Assembly: GCA_011364975.1 (NCBI GenBank)
Contig: RDOE01000044.1
Coordinates: 1 to 28,481, forward strand
Origin: Promethearchaeota archaeon
GTDB lineage: Archaea; Asgardarchaeota; Lokiarchaeia; Sigyniarchaeales; SOKP01
Direction: 5' to 3'
Length of the DNA stretch: 28,481 bases
Shown here: positions 8,843-18,691 of the stretch, in pieces
How the letters are laid out: the number at the start of each line of letters is the position of its first letter
Numbering within the stretch: the stretch's first letter is position 1
Notes under the pieces: model-generated
The model's input: the letters and a program-made list of their open reading frames with translations, nothing else
Told to the model about the DNA's origin: nothing
Database searches by the model: none
Position numbers and translations under genes: made by a program

Positions 8843-9433
8843 TTATATAAGGGTTTTTGCAAGGGTATACCCCTGATCAATCAATTCAGCGTTTAAAATC
8901 CCTATTTTTTCCCCCATTTTATCTATGACTACTTTTTTAAGATTTTCTAAGCTCAACTCTGGTAATGCTTTTGAAAGTAACCCTAGTATAGGAGTATTAA
9001 TAACAGGATTTCCATCGATTGTTAAATTTTTTTCCAACGCTAAGTTGCTAATATCAGCAGCTATAATGTTACCTGCTTTGTTTAGATCATACATCTTTAA
9101 AATAATTGCTGGTTCTTCAGCGGAATTAATTATAAAGATCCCTTGTTCTTCTAATGAATTTGTGATTTCTTTTGTTAATACACTTTCATCAAAGATAATC
9201 AAAATATTAGGTTCTTCAATCTCGGCTCTATCCCAGATCTGCTCAGTTCTAGATAATTTAGCATAAGCTTGTACAGGTGCACCTCTTCTCTCAGCTCCGA
9301 AAGAAGGATAAGCTTGAACATCCAAAAATTTACCACTCAAAAATGCAGCTTCAGCTAAAATTTCACATGCAGTAACAGCTCCCTGTCCTCCACGACCATG
9401 AATCACAATTTTGATTAAATCCTCATTTTTCAT
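8843..9433 (-). CDS. porG: 2-oxoacid:ferredoxin oxidoreductase gamma subunit
   Basis: HGRGGQGAVTA, QAYPSFGAERRGAPV, IINS, INTPILG. Confidence 0.93.
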   Translation of the reverse strand: MKNEDLIKIVIHGRGGQGAVTACEILAEAAFLSGKFLDVQAYPSFGAERRGAPVQAYAKLSRTEQIWDRAEIEEPNILIIFDESVLTKEITNSLEEQGIFIINSAEEPAIILKMYDLNKAGNIIAADISNLALEKNLTIDGNPVINTPILGLLSKALPELSLENLKKVVIDKMGEKIGILNAELIDQGYTLAKTLI

Positions 9434-9625
9434 ACAAATTACCTTAAGTAAGTATTCTCATTAAAAGCAAGAATCATTTTATAAGAAGTATATGGAATTA
9501 TATAAAATTTTATCGAATTAAATATTGAGTTTTCTAATTAAGATATTTGAATCCTAAAAGGTTTAATGAAATTATATATTATAAAGAATAGTAGTGTATA
9601 AAGTATATTATATGAGTGATCACAT

Positions 9626-10468
9626 ATGAAACATCAAACGGGATTTTTTGAAGGAAGAGAAGTGACGAAATTATTTTATCAATCATGGCTTCCGGAAAAT
9701 GACATTAAAGCTGCTTTAATTGCTATTCATGATTTGGCAACTCATTCTGATAGATTTCATACCTTAGGAGAGTATTTTACTGAAAAAGGTTATGCAGTTT
9801 TCAGTTTTGATTTGAGAGGACATTGGAGGAATAAGCATGATTTGCCCGGAAATATTGATAGCATGGATCATATCCAAAAAGACATTGTGTTATTTATGGA
9901 TCTTGTAAGGGAACAACTAAATAGTAAGAAAATTTTTCTTATAGGGCATTCATTTGGAGGGTTAATAAGTTTAATTTATGCCATTACACATGCAGGTTTA
10001 CCTGGTGTTATTGTATCCTCACCTACTTTGGGTATGTTTTTAGAATCTTTATTTGGCAAGAAAATTGCGAAAAAACTAGCAACTTCTTTTTCAAAATTAG
10101 CTCCGAATAAGCTCGTAAAAATTGAAATTGATCAAAATCAATTAACTAGTGATTTAAAGATACTAAGAAAGCATATTGCAGATAAAAATAAATTAGATAT
10201 GATTTCAATGAGAACTATTGGAGAATTAAATAATTCAATAAAATATGTGATGGATAATGCGATAAATTTGATCTGTCCTATTTTAGTTCTCCAATCTGGA
10301 GATGATAAGATCGTAGATAAACAACTAGTTAAAGAGTTCTTCGAAAATGTCAAAAGTGAGGATAAGACTTATAAAGAATACGAAGGATTTCTACATGAAC
10401 TATGGAATGAAAAAGGACGAGCTCAAGTGTTTCAAGATATGTATATTTGGCTAGAAAAACACCTGTAA
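9626..10468 (+). CDS. Alpha/beta hydrolase, lysophospholipase/monoacylglycerol lipase family
   Basis: LFYQSW.P, FDLRGH, nucleophile elbow GHSFGG, acid in DDKIV, His in Y.GFLHEL.NE. Confidence 0.9.
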   Translation: MKHQTGFFEGREVTKLFYQSWLPENDIKAALIAIHDLATHSDRFHTLGEYFTEKGYAVFSFDLRGHWRNKHDLPGNIDSMDHIQKDIVLFMDLVREQLNSKKIFLIGHSFGGLISLIYAITHAGLPGVIVSSPTLGMFLESLFGKKIAKKLATSFSKLAPNKLVKIEIDQNQLTSDLKILRKHIADKNKLDMISMRTIGELNNSIKYVMDNAINLICPILVLQSGDDKIVDKQLVKEFFENVKSEDKTYKEYEGFLHELWNEKGRAQVFQDMYIWLEKHL

Positions 10469-10617
10469 CTTAAAATTATTGAACAATGTCAATTAAGTAA
10501 GAATCTATGCCAGAGTTGTCTTAGATTTCTGACTTCTTTAATACTTAACAAATTGAATAATTTTTAATATTAAAATCCGTTTTAAAAAACTATAATTTAT
10601 TATCTACTTACCAGATT

Positions 10618-13392
10618 TTGATCATGGTGCATTTAAATACAAAAATATCAAAAATATTAGTAATTAGCCTAATAGCTCTAATCCTCAGTAATTTTTGCAT
10701 ATTTTTCTTAATAAGACCGGGGCATAGTCAGCCTAGCGTTCAACGGAACCTTCTAATCGTTACTAAAGGCTCAGATAGCTTATTCTTACAAGGTTATAAT
10801 ATTGATAAAGATAATTTCAATATAAGCACAGTGTTGGATACAGATTCATTAATTACGATAGGATCATGGATCGATTCTGTTTTAATTTTTGATGCGGATT
10901 TATCCCTTCTTTCTCAAAATACGATTTTAGATTTTGTTGAAAATGGTGGATCTGCGATAATATATATGGGACAGAACTTATATCAAAATGCTACTCTTTT
11001 AGACACATTAGATATTATAGATATTGGTACTTATGAATCTAGTAAAGATACAAATAATGAGTCTATGTTATTTGTGGTAAGAAACGTAAACCACCCGATC
11101 AGCACCAATATTGATTGGAATTCAGCCCCAGATATAAAATTGAATAACATGACTATTATTCCATTAGCGAGTCTTAATTCTACAGTAGAAAGAATAATAG
11201 ATCTATACCCTGTTTCACGTAATTTACAGATTGATCTTTATAGAACTCCCGCAATTTTAGAAAAAGAAAAGGGAGATGGAGACATTATAGTGTTTACAGG
11301 GTGGTTGGAAGATGGTGCCAATTTAGATTTTAAAGTATGGCCTTACTATAATTATCTGCTATATGCACTTACATTTGAAAGCTTGGGTTTATCATTCGAT
11401 ACTTATCCGTTATGGCCTTACTCTCCAGTCCCCCATTTGTTCGATCAAATAATTATCGGGATAATTGTAGTGATATTAGCTATTTTGGCAGTTGCTTTAT
11501 TTGTTGTGGTTAAAAGGAAATCAAGTGCCGGAATGGACCAAAAAATAATAGAAACTTTAAAACGACAAGCTGAAGAGGAAAAACTTAGAGTTGAAAAAGA
11601 GAGTCTAAGCTTGGAAAAGCGTTTAGAAGATCATGTTAATGTAGAGGATGAATGGGAAGCAATAGGGGTACACCGCCAATTAGGAGGCTTTTTATTTACT
11701 TTATTCCTAGGATTATTTTTGGTTCTCCCTCAACTACTGGTTGCTAACTTTCTTATGCCGCAAATTATTCAACCTTATCCTCAGGCAGCTGGGTGGTATA
11801 ATTACGCCTACAATTTCTTTCAAATTATATGGATTTTATTTGACTTTGGAACTAGTTTTGCCTTAGCTAAGTATTTTGCCGAACATCGCGTTAACAATCC
11901 AGAGAAATCAATCCATTATATTCAGATTTATGTCTGGTGGCAAATATTTACAGGTATAGTTCAAATATCTATTGTTGCGTTCATTGGTTCTATAATATTT
12001 CCCTTTACCCCCATAGCTCATATGAGTTGGATCTTTATTGCATATTCCTTTATCCAATACCCAGGTATTTTTCTTGTTTTTATGTATACTTTTCAAGGAA
12101 TGCAGCGATCAGATTTACACCTCATAAGTTATGTGGCCTGGGAAGTAATATGGCTATTAGTTGGACAGGTTATTTTTACTTATTTGGGTCGTTTATGGGG
12201 AGCTGCTAATCCTGTAATTGGAGAGGCATTAGGAGCAGGTATTGGATATGCTATCGCTAGATGCTTTGACTTTTGGGTTACCTTTATAATGACCTTTATT
12301 ATGTTTAAAAAGTTAGGGTTTTCGCCTAAAAGTTGTTTTAGAATAGATTTTTCTAAAGAGGAATTCAAAGAAACCTTAAGATATGGTTCTAAATTGGCTA
12401 TAGGCGAAGGTTTTGTGCAGTTGGGATGGTTCTTACAAGTAATTATTACATCCATTTTTGTAGCGAATTATTCGAATAATCTAGGGTGGTTTAATTTAGC
12501 ATTTACACTTGGACAAATTGTACAAATTGTAAACTTATATGGAAATAGTCTGCTTGGAGCATTTAGTGAATCTAGTGCGCATAATAAGAAAACCTTGACT
12601 AAACTTTATGTCTATCAAGCGTTTAGATGGGGCAATTATTTTGCTTATTTCTTAATTTCGGTATTATTTGCGGTAGGAGCTAAGTTTTTAGTGGGGGCTG
12701 CCGGTGAGGATTATGGGGGGCCTGCAGTGCAATTTTTGGTTCCGTTATTACTTTTTCATACCGGAGGAATCTATTCTTGGTTAGTGGATGCTGTATTCGA
12801 AGGTACGGGACATACAGGATATGCAATGGCAGTATGGATTATTGAACAAACCACCAGAGCATTATTAATGTTTCTTTTTGTAATTATATTTCGGAATATG
12901 GTCGCAGTAATTATTGCTTATATTCCAGCAGTTTTTACTAAGGATATTATTGCTTGGATTATTGTTAAAAAGAAGATCGTAAACTATCAGATACATCCTT
13001 TCAAATCTTTTATCGTACCGGGTATATCTGCGATAATTAATTTTATAGTGTTGTATTTCGTAGCTGAAGTTATGTGGGGATTACCTTTAGGAGATAAAAT
13101 TATCAATACCGCACTTATATTCTTGCTAGGAATTTTCATTTTTATGTACTTTTACGCATTTATCGATGGATTTCTTGGAGGTTATGATATCAATACGATA
13201 AAGGAACTTGAAAGAGCCGCCGCTCTAGTAAAAACTCCATTCATCCGATTTTTCCCACGATTTCTATACAAGATAGCCTACTTAGGAACAAAAATTAGCC
13301 CATTCCATAAGAAGTTCCCCATTGTAATGTATGAAGATGCTATGAAAGAGGCATATGATTTAACCTTAGAGAAAAAAATACTAAAAATTTAA
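10618..13392 (+). CDS. Large membrane protein: signal/anchor, ~230-aa soluble domain, TM, charged linker, MOP/MATE-like (polysaccharide flippase-type) multi-TM domain
   Basis: Hydrophobic N-terminus, soluble alpha/beta region with several NxS/T sequons, TM followed by KRK, and an E/K-rich linker. Then about 12-14 hydrophobic segments with flippase-like signatures (FDFGTS.AL.KY.AE, FQGMQR, FKETLRYG, FEGTG). Confidence 0.6.
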   Translation: MIMVHLNTKISKILVISLIALILSNFCIFFLIRPGHSQPSVQRNLLIVTKGSDSLFLQGYNIDKDNFNISTVLDTDSLITIGSWIDSVLIFDADLSLLSQNTILDFVENGGSAIIYMGQNLYQNATLLDTLDIIDIGTYESSKDTNNESMLFVVRNVNHPISTNIDWNSAPDIKLNNMTIIPLASLNSTVERIIDLYPVSRNLQIDLYRTPAILEKEKGDGDIIVFTGWLEDGANLDFKVWPYYNYLLYALTFESLGLSFDTYPLWPYSPVPHLFDQIIIGIIVVILAILAVALFVVVKRKSSAGMDQKIIETLKRQAEEEKLRVEKESLSLEKRLEDHVNVEDEWEAIGVHRQLGGFLFTLFLGLFLVLPQLLVANFLMPQIIQPYPQAAGWYNYAYNFFQIIWILFDFGTSFALAKYFAEHRVNNPEKSIHYIQIYVWWQIFTGIVQISIVAFIGSIIFPFTPIAHMSWIFIAYSFIQYPGIFLVFMYTFQGMQRSDLHLISYVAWEVIWLLVGQVIFTYLGRLWGAANPVIGEALGAGIGYAIARCFDFWVTFIMTFIMFKKLGFSPKSCFRIDFSKEEFKETLRYGSKLAIGEGFVQLGWFLQVIITSIFVANYSNNLGWFNLAFTLGQIVQIVNLYGNSLLGAFSESSAHNKKTLTKLYVYQAFRWGNYFAYFLISVLFAVGAKFLVGAAGEDYGGPAVQFLVPLLLFHTGGIYSWLVDAVFEGTGHTGYAMAVWIIEQTTRALLMFLFVIIFRNMVAVIIAYIPAVFTKDIIAWIIVKKKIVNYQIHPFKSFIVPGISAIINFIVLYFVAEVMWGLPLGDKIINTALIFLLGIFIFMYFYAFIDGFLGGYDINTIKELERAAALVKTPFIRFFPRFLYKIAYLGTKISPFHKKFPIVMYEDAMKEAYDLTLEKKILKI

Positions 13393-13437
13393 TTTTTTTT
13401 TATATTATTTCATGTTTTACCTAATAAAGTTAGGATT

Positions 13438-14481
13438 ATGAGCAAATACAAACTGAATAGATTTCAAGACCATTTGTTCGACTGGGTTAATCAATTTCGA
13501 ATACAACGGGATAAGGGATACTTTTCATTAAAAGTTAATAATCAAACACCTTCTTTGTATGGCTTGACGGACATGGTATTCAATTTGTTAATTCCCAATA
13601 GATTGGATGACTTTTTAATTAAATATGAAGACATTAAAATGGATGAATGGGTTCATCAAATTCAATCCTTTCAAAATCCTAAAACTGGTTGGTTTAAAGA
13701 CAGTTTTTTCAATATTAATTTTAGAAATCCCCTCACTGGACAATGGGAACATGCCACGGCATTTGCTGTTGCTGCACTTACATTATTGGATGCTAAACCA
13801 AAATATAAGGTTAAATTTCTTAATGTATTAATTTCAAAAAAAAAAGTAGAACGATGGCTTCGAAAAACACCAGAATGGGGATTATTTTTTTGGCCAGGAT
13901 CTCATCGAGGAGGAGGTATAGGGGCTATCATTGCTACTCTGGGTATCGAGAAATATCCTCACAAAGATTTTTTTAAATGGTATTTTGATTGGTTAAATAT
14001 TAAAGCAGATCCTGAAGTAGGTTTCTGGAGATTAGGCTGGAATCATAAGGTAAGAAAGCGTTTAACTAAGCAGGAATTAGGAGGGTCGATTCATTATTAT
14101 TGGATTTATGAATATTTAAATTATCCACTCCCATTTCCTCAAAAAATTATAGATTCTACATTATATTTACAGAATAACCTAGGATTATGGGATGGAAATG
14201 TATCTTATTGTATTGATCTTGATGCTATTTTCTGTTTACTTCGATGTCAAAAACTTGTTCATAATTATAGAGATAAGGATATAAAAGCAGCAATAATTAA
14301 GTATTTGGATTACACCATCCCATCGCTAAACAATAAGGATTTTTTATTTAGTCGCTATACAACCTCGCATAAATTGACGGGGTGTTTAGGAGCAATAGCA
14401 GAAATTTATAAATATTATCCAGAATTATTTGATTTCCCAAAACCTTGGATCCAAACCTTAGATAATACGCCATGGATTTAA
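13438..14481 (+). CDS. Hypothetical protein with prenyltransferase/squalene-cyclase-like (alpha-alpha toroid) repeats
   Basis: Repeated QW-like units: IQSFQNPKTGWF, LNIKADPEVGFW, TLYLQNNLGLW. Also HATAFAVAALTLL helix. Confidence 0.5.
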   Translation: MSKYKLNRFQDHLFDWVNQFRIQRDKGYFSLKVNNQTPSLYGLTDMVFNLLIPNRLDDFLIKYEDIKMDEWVHQIQSFQNPKTGWFKDSFFNINFRNPLTGQWEHATAFAVAALTLLDAKPKYKVKFLNVLISKKKVERWLRKTPEWGLFFWPGSHRGGGIGAIIATLGIEKYPHKDFFKWYFDWLNIKADPEVGFWRLGWNHKVRKRLTKQELGGSIHYYWIYEYLNYPLPFPQKIIDSTLYLQNNLGLWDGNVSYCIDLDAIFCLLRCQKLVHNYRDKDIKAAIIKYLDYTIPSLNNKDFLFSRYTTSHKLTGCLGAIAEIYKYYPELFDFPKPWIQTLDNTPWI

Positions 14482-14584
14482 TAACTCTGATTGAATTATT
14501 AATTTTATAATAATCATTATAAATTTCCATTAAAAACTACTAGTCCTATCATATTTAATTTTAAAGAAGTGAATAATTCAAATA

Positions 14585-17518
14585 ATGACGGAACAAGATT
14601 CAATTGATAACCTTAAAGCTAAAGATTTAACCCCTATGATGCAACATTGGTTTAGTATTAAAAAAACGTATAGAGAGAAGTATCCCGAACATATTATAGC
14701 ATATAGAATGGGTGATTTTTATGAATTCTTTTACGATGATGCGGAAAAGGTTTCTAATCTATTGGGGATTACTTTAACTAAAAGAAAGATAGGGAATGAT
14801 GCATATCCCTTAGCTGGCATACCACATCATGCGGGCAGTTATCTCAAAAATTTAGTAAATCTTGGTCAAACTGTTGTAGTGGTGGATCAATTGGAAGATC
14901 CATCTACTGTAAAGGGTCGGATTGTAAAACGTGGAGTGGTGCGAATACTTTCTCCAGGTACAATTATTGAATCTGATATGCTTAAATCGCAAGAAAATAA
15001 TTATATCTGTTCAATTGTAAAGGAGAAGAGAGGGTTTGGAATTGCATTTGCGGATATATCTACTGGAGAGTTTTTAACTACAGAATTTTTAGTAAAAGAA
15101 AAGGCTCCGTTAGAAAAAGTATTAAGTATTTTTTCCCAATTTGATCCTGTGGAAGTCATTTTACCAACAAGATTACAAAAGGATGAACATTTCTTCCTCT
15201 TTTTGACGGATTTAAATGACGCATTGATAAAGCCTTATGATGATTATGTATTTAACCTAGATGAGGCTTATAATATGATTATACGCCATTTTAATCTTTC
15301 AAATTTGCATAGTTTTGATTTAGAAGGTAAAGAGTTTGCGATTCAAGCAGCAGGAGGTTTATTAGCTTTTTTAAAAGAAACTCAGAGAGACATTATCCCT
15401 AATATTTTTAAAATTACGCTTATTCAAGAAGAGAAAGTATTACATTTAGATTATGTAACTCAGAGAAATTTAGAATTGGTCTCTTCTTTATGGGAAAGAG
15501 GAAAAGATGTTACGTTATATTCTATATTCAACCACACCCATACACCTATGGGAGCAAGATTATTAAAAAAAATTATCATGCAACCATTATTAGATCTTGA
15601 AGAAATCAACCAGAGATTGAATATAGTTCAAAAGTTTAAGGAAGATATTTTTCTACGTTCGGAATTAAGAGAAGAATTGAAAGTATTGGGAGATTTAGAA
15701 AGATATGTTAATCGAATCAATTATTCAACTCATTGTAATGCTCGAGATCTCATTAATATAAATAATTCATTAAGTAAAATCCCTAAAATAAAAGTTCTAT
15801 TACAAAAATCTGAAATTCCCGAAATTTCTAAATTTTTAACGAAAATCAAAGAATTTAGAGAGATAAGAGGATTAATTGAGGTTTCAATTAAAGAGGACCC
15901 CCCAACAACTATAAAAGAGGGTAATATTATCAGAGAGGGCTTTAATGAAAAAATCGATGAATTAAGAGATATTCTGCATAACGGTAAGAAATATATTTTA
16001 GAATATGAAAAAGAACAAAAAGAAAGATGGAAATTAACTTCTGGGCTTAAAGTGGGACATAATAATATTTTAGGCTATTATATTCAAATTACGTTAAATA
16101 CTTTAAAATTCGTCCCAAAAATACCCGATGATTATATTGAGCGCCAAACTCTAAAGAATGCTAAACGATTTACCACTTTAAAACTAAAAGAATTAGAAGA
16201 GAAGATAGTTGAGGCAGAAGAAAAAATCAATGATTTAGAATATGAACTATTTACGACTATTCGTGAGAATATTGTTAAAGAAACAGCCGAAATCCTTGAA
16301 ACCGCTAAAGCTTTAGCTTTTATTGATGTATTATCTTGTTTTGGGGAGATTTCTGAAAATTATAACTATTGTCGTCCCATAATGACTAATAATGATGCTA
16401 TTATAATAAAAGAAGGTCGCCATCCTGTTATTGAACAAATTAATTTAACTGAGAAATTCATTCCTAATGATTGCCAATTAGATCTCGGTCAGAATCAAAT
16501 ATTAATCATAACAGGCCCAAATATGGCTGGAAAATCTACATTCTTGCGACAAGTAGCGTTAATATGTATTATTGCACAGATGGGATGTTTCGTGCCTGCA
16601 AAGTCAGCTATTATAGGCATTATTGACCAAATTTTTACAAGGATTGGAGCTTCTGATGATTTAGCACGAAAATTAAGTACATTTATGATAGAAATGACTG
16701 AAACTGCTAAGATCTTAAATTATGCAACCTCCAAAAGTCTTATAATTATTGATGAATTGGGCCGAGGTACAAGCACGAGTGACGGTCAAAGTATAGCCCT
16801 TGCCACTCTGGAAAAAATCCATGGGTTAAATGCAAAAACGTTATTTAGCACTCACTATCACCAATTAACAGAGGTAGATTTACCGCGTGTAAAAAATTAT
16901 CACCTTGATATAATTGAAAATGATGATGGGAGTATTAATTTTGTTCGAAAGTTAAAAGAAGGCAGTACTGACAAATCCTATGGAATTCATGTTGCTAAAT
17001 TAGCAGGAATTCCTGATGATGTTATTATTAGAGCTTTTGAAATTTTAGAGCAAATCGAGAACAAGGATCCATTTAGAGCCACTGTAAAAGAAAATGGAAA
17101 TGAAGAGAATACAGGTAAATATTATAAAAAGATCATTAATGAGAAAAAAATCGAGTTGGAAAAATTAAGCGCTGAGATAGAATTAAAACAAAAAGAATTG
17201 AGCTTGTGCGAAGAAGATTTAGAACTTAAAGAGAAAGAATTAGGGAAAAAGAGTTTTGAATTAGAAAAGCTTACCAAACAGCAGGAAGCGATCATTTCAG
17301 AAGAATTTGTAACCCCAAAACATCATAAACAAGAAAATAAGCAGAGAAAATATGTTCAGACAACCTTCTTTAAACCAACAATATTGAAAGAAACTATGAT
17401 TGATGATGATTTGAAAGAAATTATTGCTGTTTTAAAAAATGTCGATATTAACAACATAACTCCCGTTGAGGCTATGCAGAGATTATTTGAACTAAAGAAA
17501 AAAATGGAACATCTATAA
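14585..17518 (+). CDS. mutS: DNA mismatch repair protein MutS (MutS1)
   Basis: TPMMQ, RMGDFYEFF (F-x-E), GRHPVIE, Walker A TGPNMAGKST, FTRIGASD, STFMIEM, DELGRGTS, THYH, SYGIHVA, C-terminal ITPVEA. Confidence 0.97.
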   Translation: MTEQDSIDNLKAKDLTPMMQHWFSIKKTYREKYPEHIIAYRMGDFYEFFYDDAEKVSNLLGITLTKRKIGNDAYPLAGIPHHAGSYLKNLVNLGQTVVVVDQLEDPSTVKGRIVKRGVVRILSPGTIIESDMLKSQENNYICSIVKEKRGFGIAFADISTGEFLTTEFLVKEKAPLEKVLSIFSQFDPVEVILPTRLQKDEHFFLFLTDLNDALIKPYDDYVFNLDEAYNMIIRHFNLSNLHSFDLEGKEFAIQAAGGLLAFLKETQRDIIPNIFKITLIQEEKVLHLDYVTQRNLELVSSLWERGKDVTLYSIFNHTHTPMGARLLKKIIMQPLLDLEEINQRLNIVQKFKEDIFLRSELREELKVLGDLERYVNRINYSTHCNARDLININNSLSKIPKIKVLLQKSEIPEISKFLTKIKEFREIRGLIEVSIKEDPPTTIKEGNIIREGFNEKIDELRDILHNGKKYILEYEKEQKERWKLTSGLKVGHNNILGYYIQITLNTLKFVPKIPDDYIERQTLKNAKRFTTLKLKELEEKIVEAEEKINDLEYELFTTIRENIVKETAEILETAKALAFIDVLSCFGEISENYNYCRPIMTNNDAIIIKEGRHPVIEQINLTEKFIPNDCQLDLGQNQILIITGPNMAGKSTFLRQVALICIIAQMGCFVPAKSAIIGIIDQIFTRIGASDDLARKLSTFMIEMTETAKILNYATSKSLIIIDELGRGTSTSDGQSIALATLEKIHGLNAKTLFSTHYHQLTEVDLPRVKNYHLDIIENDDGSINFVRKLKEGSTDKSYGIHVAKLAGIPDDVIIRAFEILEQIENKDPFRATVKENGNEENTGKYYKKIINEKKIELEKLSAEIELKQKELSLCEEDLELKEKELGKKSFELEKLTKQQEAIISEEFVTPKHHKQENKQRKYVQTTFFKPTILKETMIDDDLKEIIAVLKNVDINNITPVEAMQRLFELKKKMEHL

Positions 17519-18456
17519 CGAAGAAAAGATTAAAGGTACTATCCATGTTACTAGCGAAAGATAGAGATAGTAAAGAAGTAACATTAGAAGAATAATTTTT
17601 CGTAACAAGCTTTTTTTTCTGAATTCTTCTACTCAAAAAAAGTGATATAGAGAAAGCTAATAAACATCAAATGAGAAGGTTGCAGCGCCTTCCATAGAAT
17701 TGAATCTAAAATAGAAAAACCCTGTACCGTATCTTGGCTTGAAAACCAATTTGAGATCATTTGAAAGAAATAATTTGGAAAAATCATGTAGGGTAAACAA
17801 ATAAATGCAAATGGAATTATGTAATAGTAAAGGTCCTTAAACCTAATTTTTTTTGTAATTAATAAGATAGGTAAAAATAAAATAGAATTTATCTTGAAAG
17901 TAGAAAGTGTGAATAATAAACCTGAAATCCATTTATTTCCATTATCTAAGGCAACATAAGAATAATACAAAAGAAATAGGATGATAAAATTGACATTGTT
18001 AAACCAAGCATCAATGCAAAATCCTGCGGATAATAGTAAGTAAAAAATAAAGAGGTCTTTTTTATTCTTAAAGTAATTATAGGATTTATAAACGACGAAA
18101 CTTACAGCGATTAAGCGAAGAAGATCCCATACATATACTCCAATTTCAAAGGGGATTAATTTCATTGGAAGAAACATAAAATACCAAAAATACAAATAAT
18201 ATGGAGGCCATTCTGGAATTCCAGGTGGCATTTCAATTGGTTCATAAAAATTTAAAAGCCCATTGTTTAATCCTCTGATTAAGATATCAAAATCTACATC
18301 CCGAGAAATTTCAATCAAATAAGGTAAACTGTAATTAATAACGAAAATTCTTACAACAGTAAAGAGAATTGTAATTAATATAAAGAAAATAATAAAGTAT
18401 TTGTAGAAGGGATATACTTCAATTAATTTCATGAGAATGTTTTTTCTTTTAAACAA
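17513..18456 (-). pseudogene. GT87/DUF2029-like (GT-C) membrane glycosyltransferase with an apparent 1-nt frameshift near the 3' end (ORF 17629..18456; tail 17513..17632 in the adjacent frame)
   Basis: Polytopic protein with DVDF, WPPYYLYFW..MFLP, NNVN and STFK. After TAG at 17631-17629 the shifted frame reads VEEFRKKSLLRKIILLMLLLYYLYLSLVTWIVPLIFSSL* to 17513. May be a true lesion or a sequencing error. Confidence 0.6.
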
Positions 18457-18691
18457 ATATCTTTTTTAGGTTAATTTATTTTATCAGACCAAATTTAAAA
18501 GGCTTTCTTTAAGAATTATGATTGTATAATTGTTAATGACATAATGGTAGGGAAAAAATTTTCCTTGATATTTTTCTTGAATAGAAGGAAAAATTATTAT
18601 GTTCTTAATAGAGTATGCTTTTAAATTTTATAATAATGAAATACATTATAACATAAGGATATCATTCTAAATTGTCATTAAATCCCGTTTA

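Noticed and set aside
8240-14530. ORFs 8240..8557, 8925..9266, 10138..10353, 11908..12096, 11937..12209, 12180..12455, 13625..13831 and 14348..14530
   Set aside because: Antisense or off-frame within well-supported genes, with the F/S/I/L-rich composition typical of antisense shadows.
17590-17645. Stop-codon recoding (Pyl at TAG, Sec at TGA) or programmed slippage on the T7 run in the GT87 gene
   Set aside because: In-frame readthrough gives only a short non-hydrophobic peptide (KNSEKKACYEKLFF*). Slipping in T7 hits TGA at a non-catalytic position, and no SECIS was evident. A simple indel is more parsimonious.
18550-18600. Short inverted repeats (TTTTCCTT/AAGGAAAA) upstream of mutL
   Set aside because: 8-bp low-complexity arms are expected by chance at this composition.
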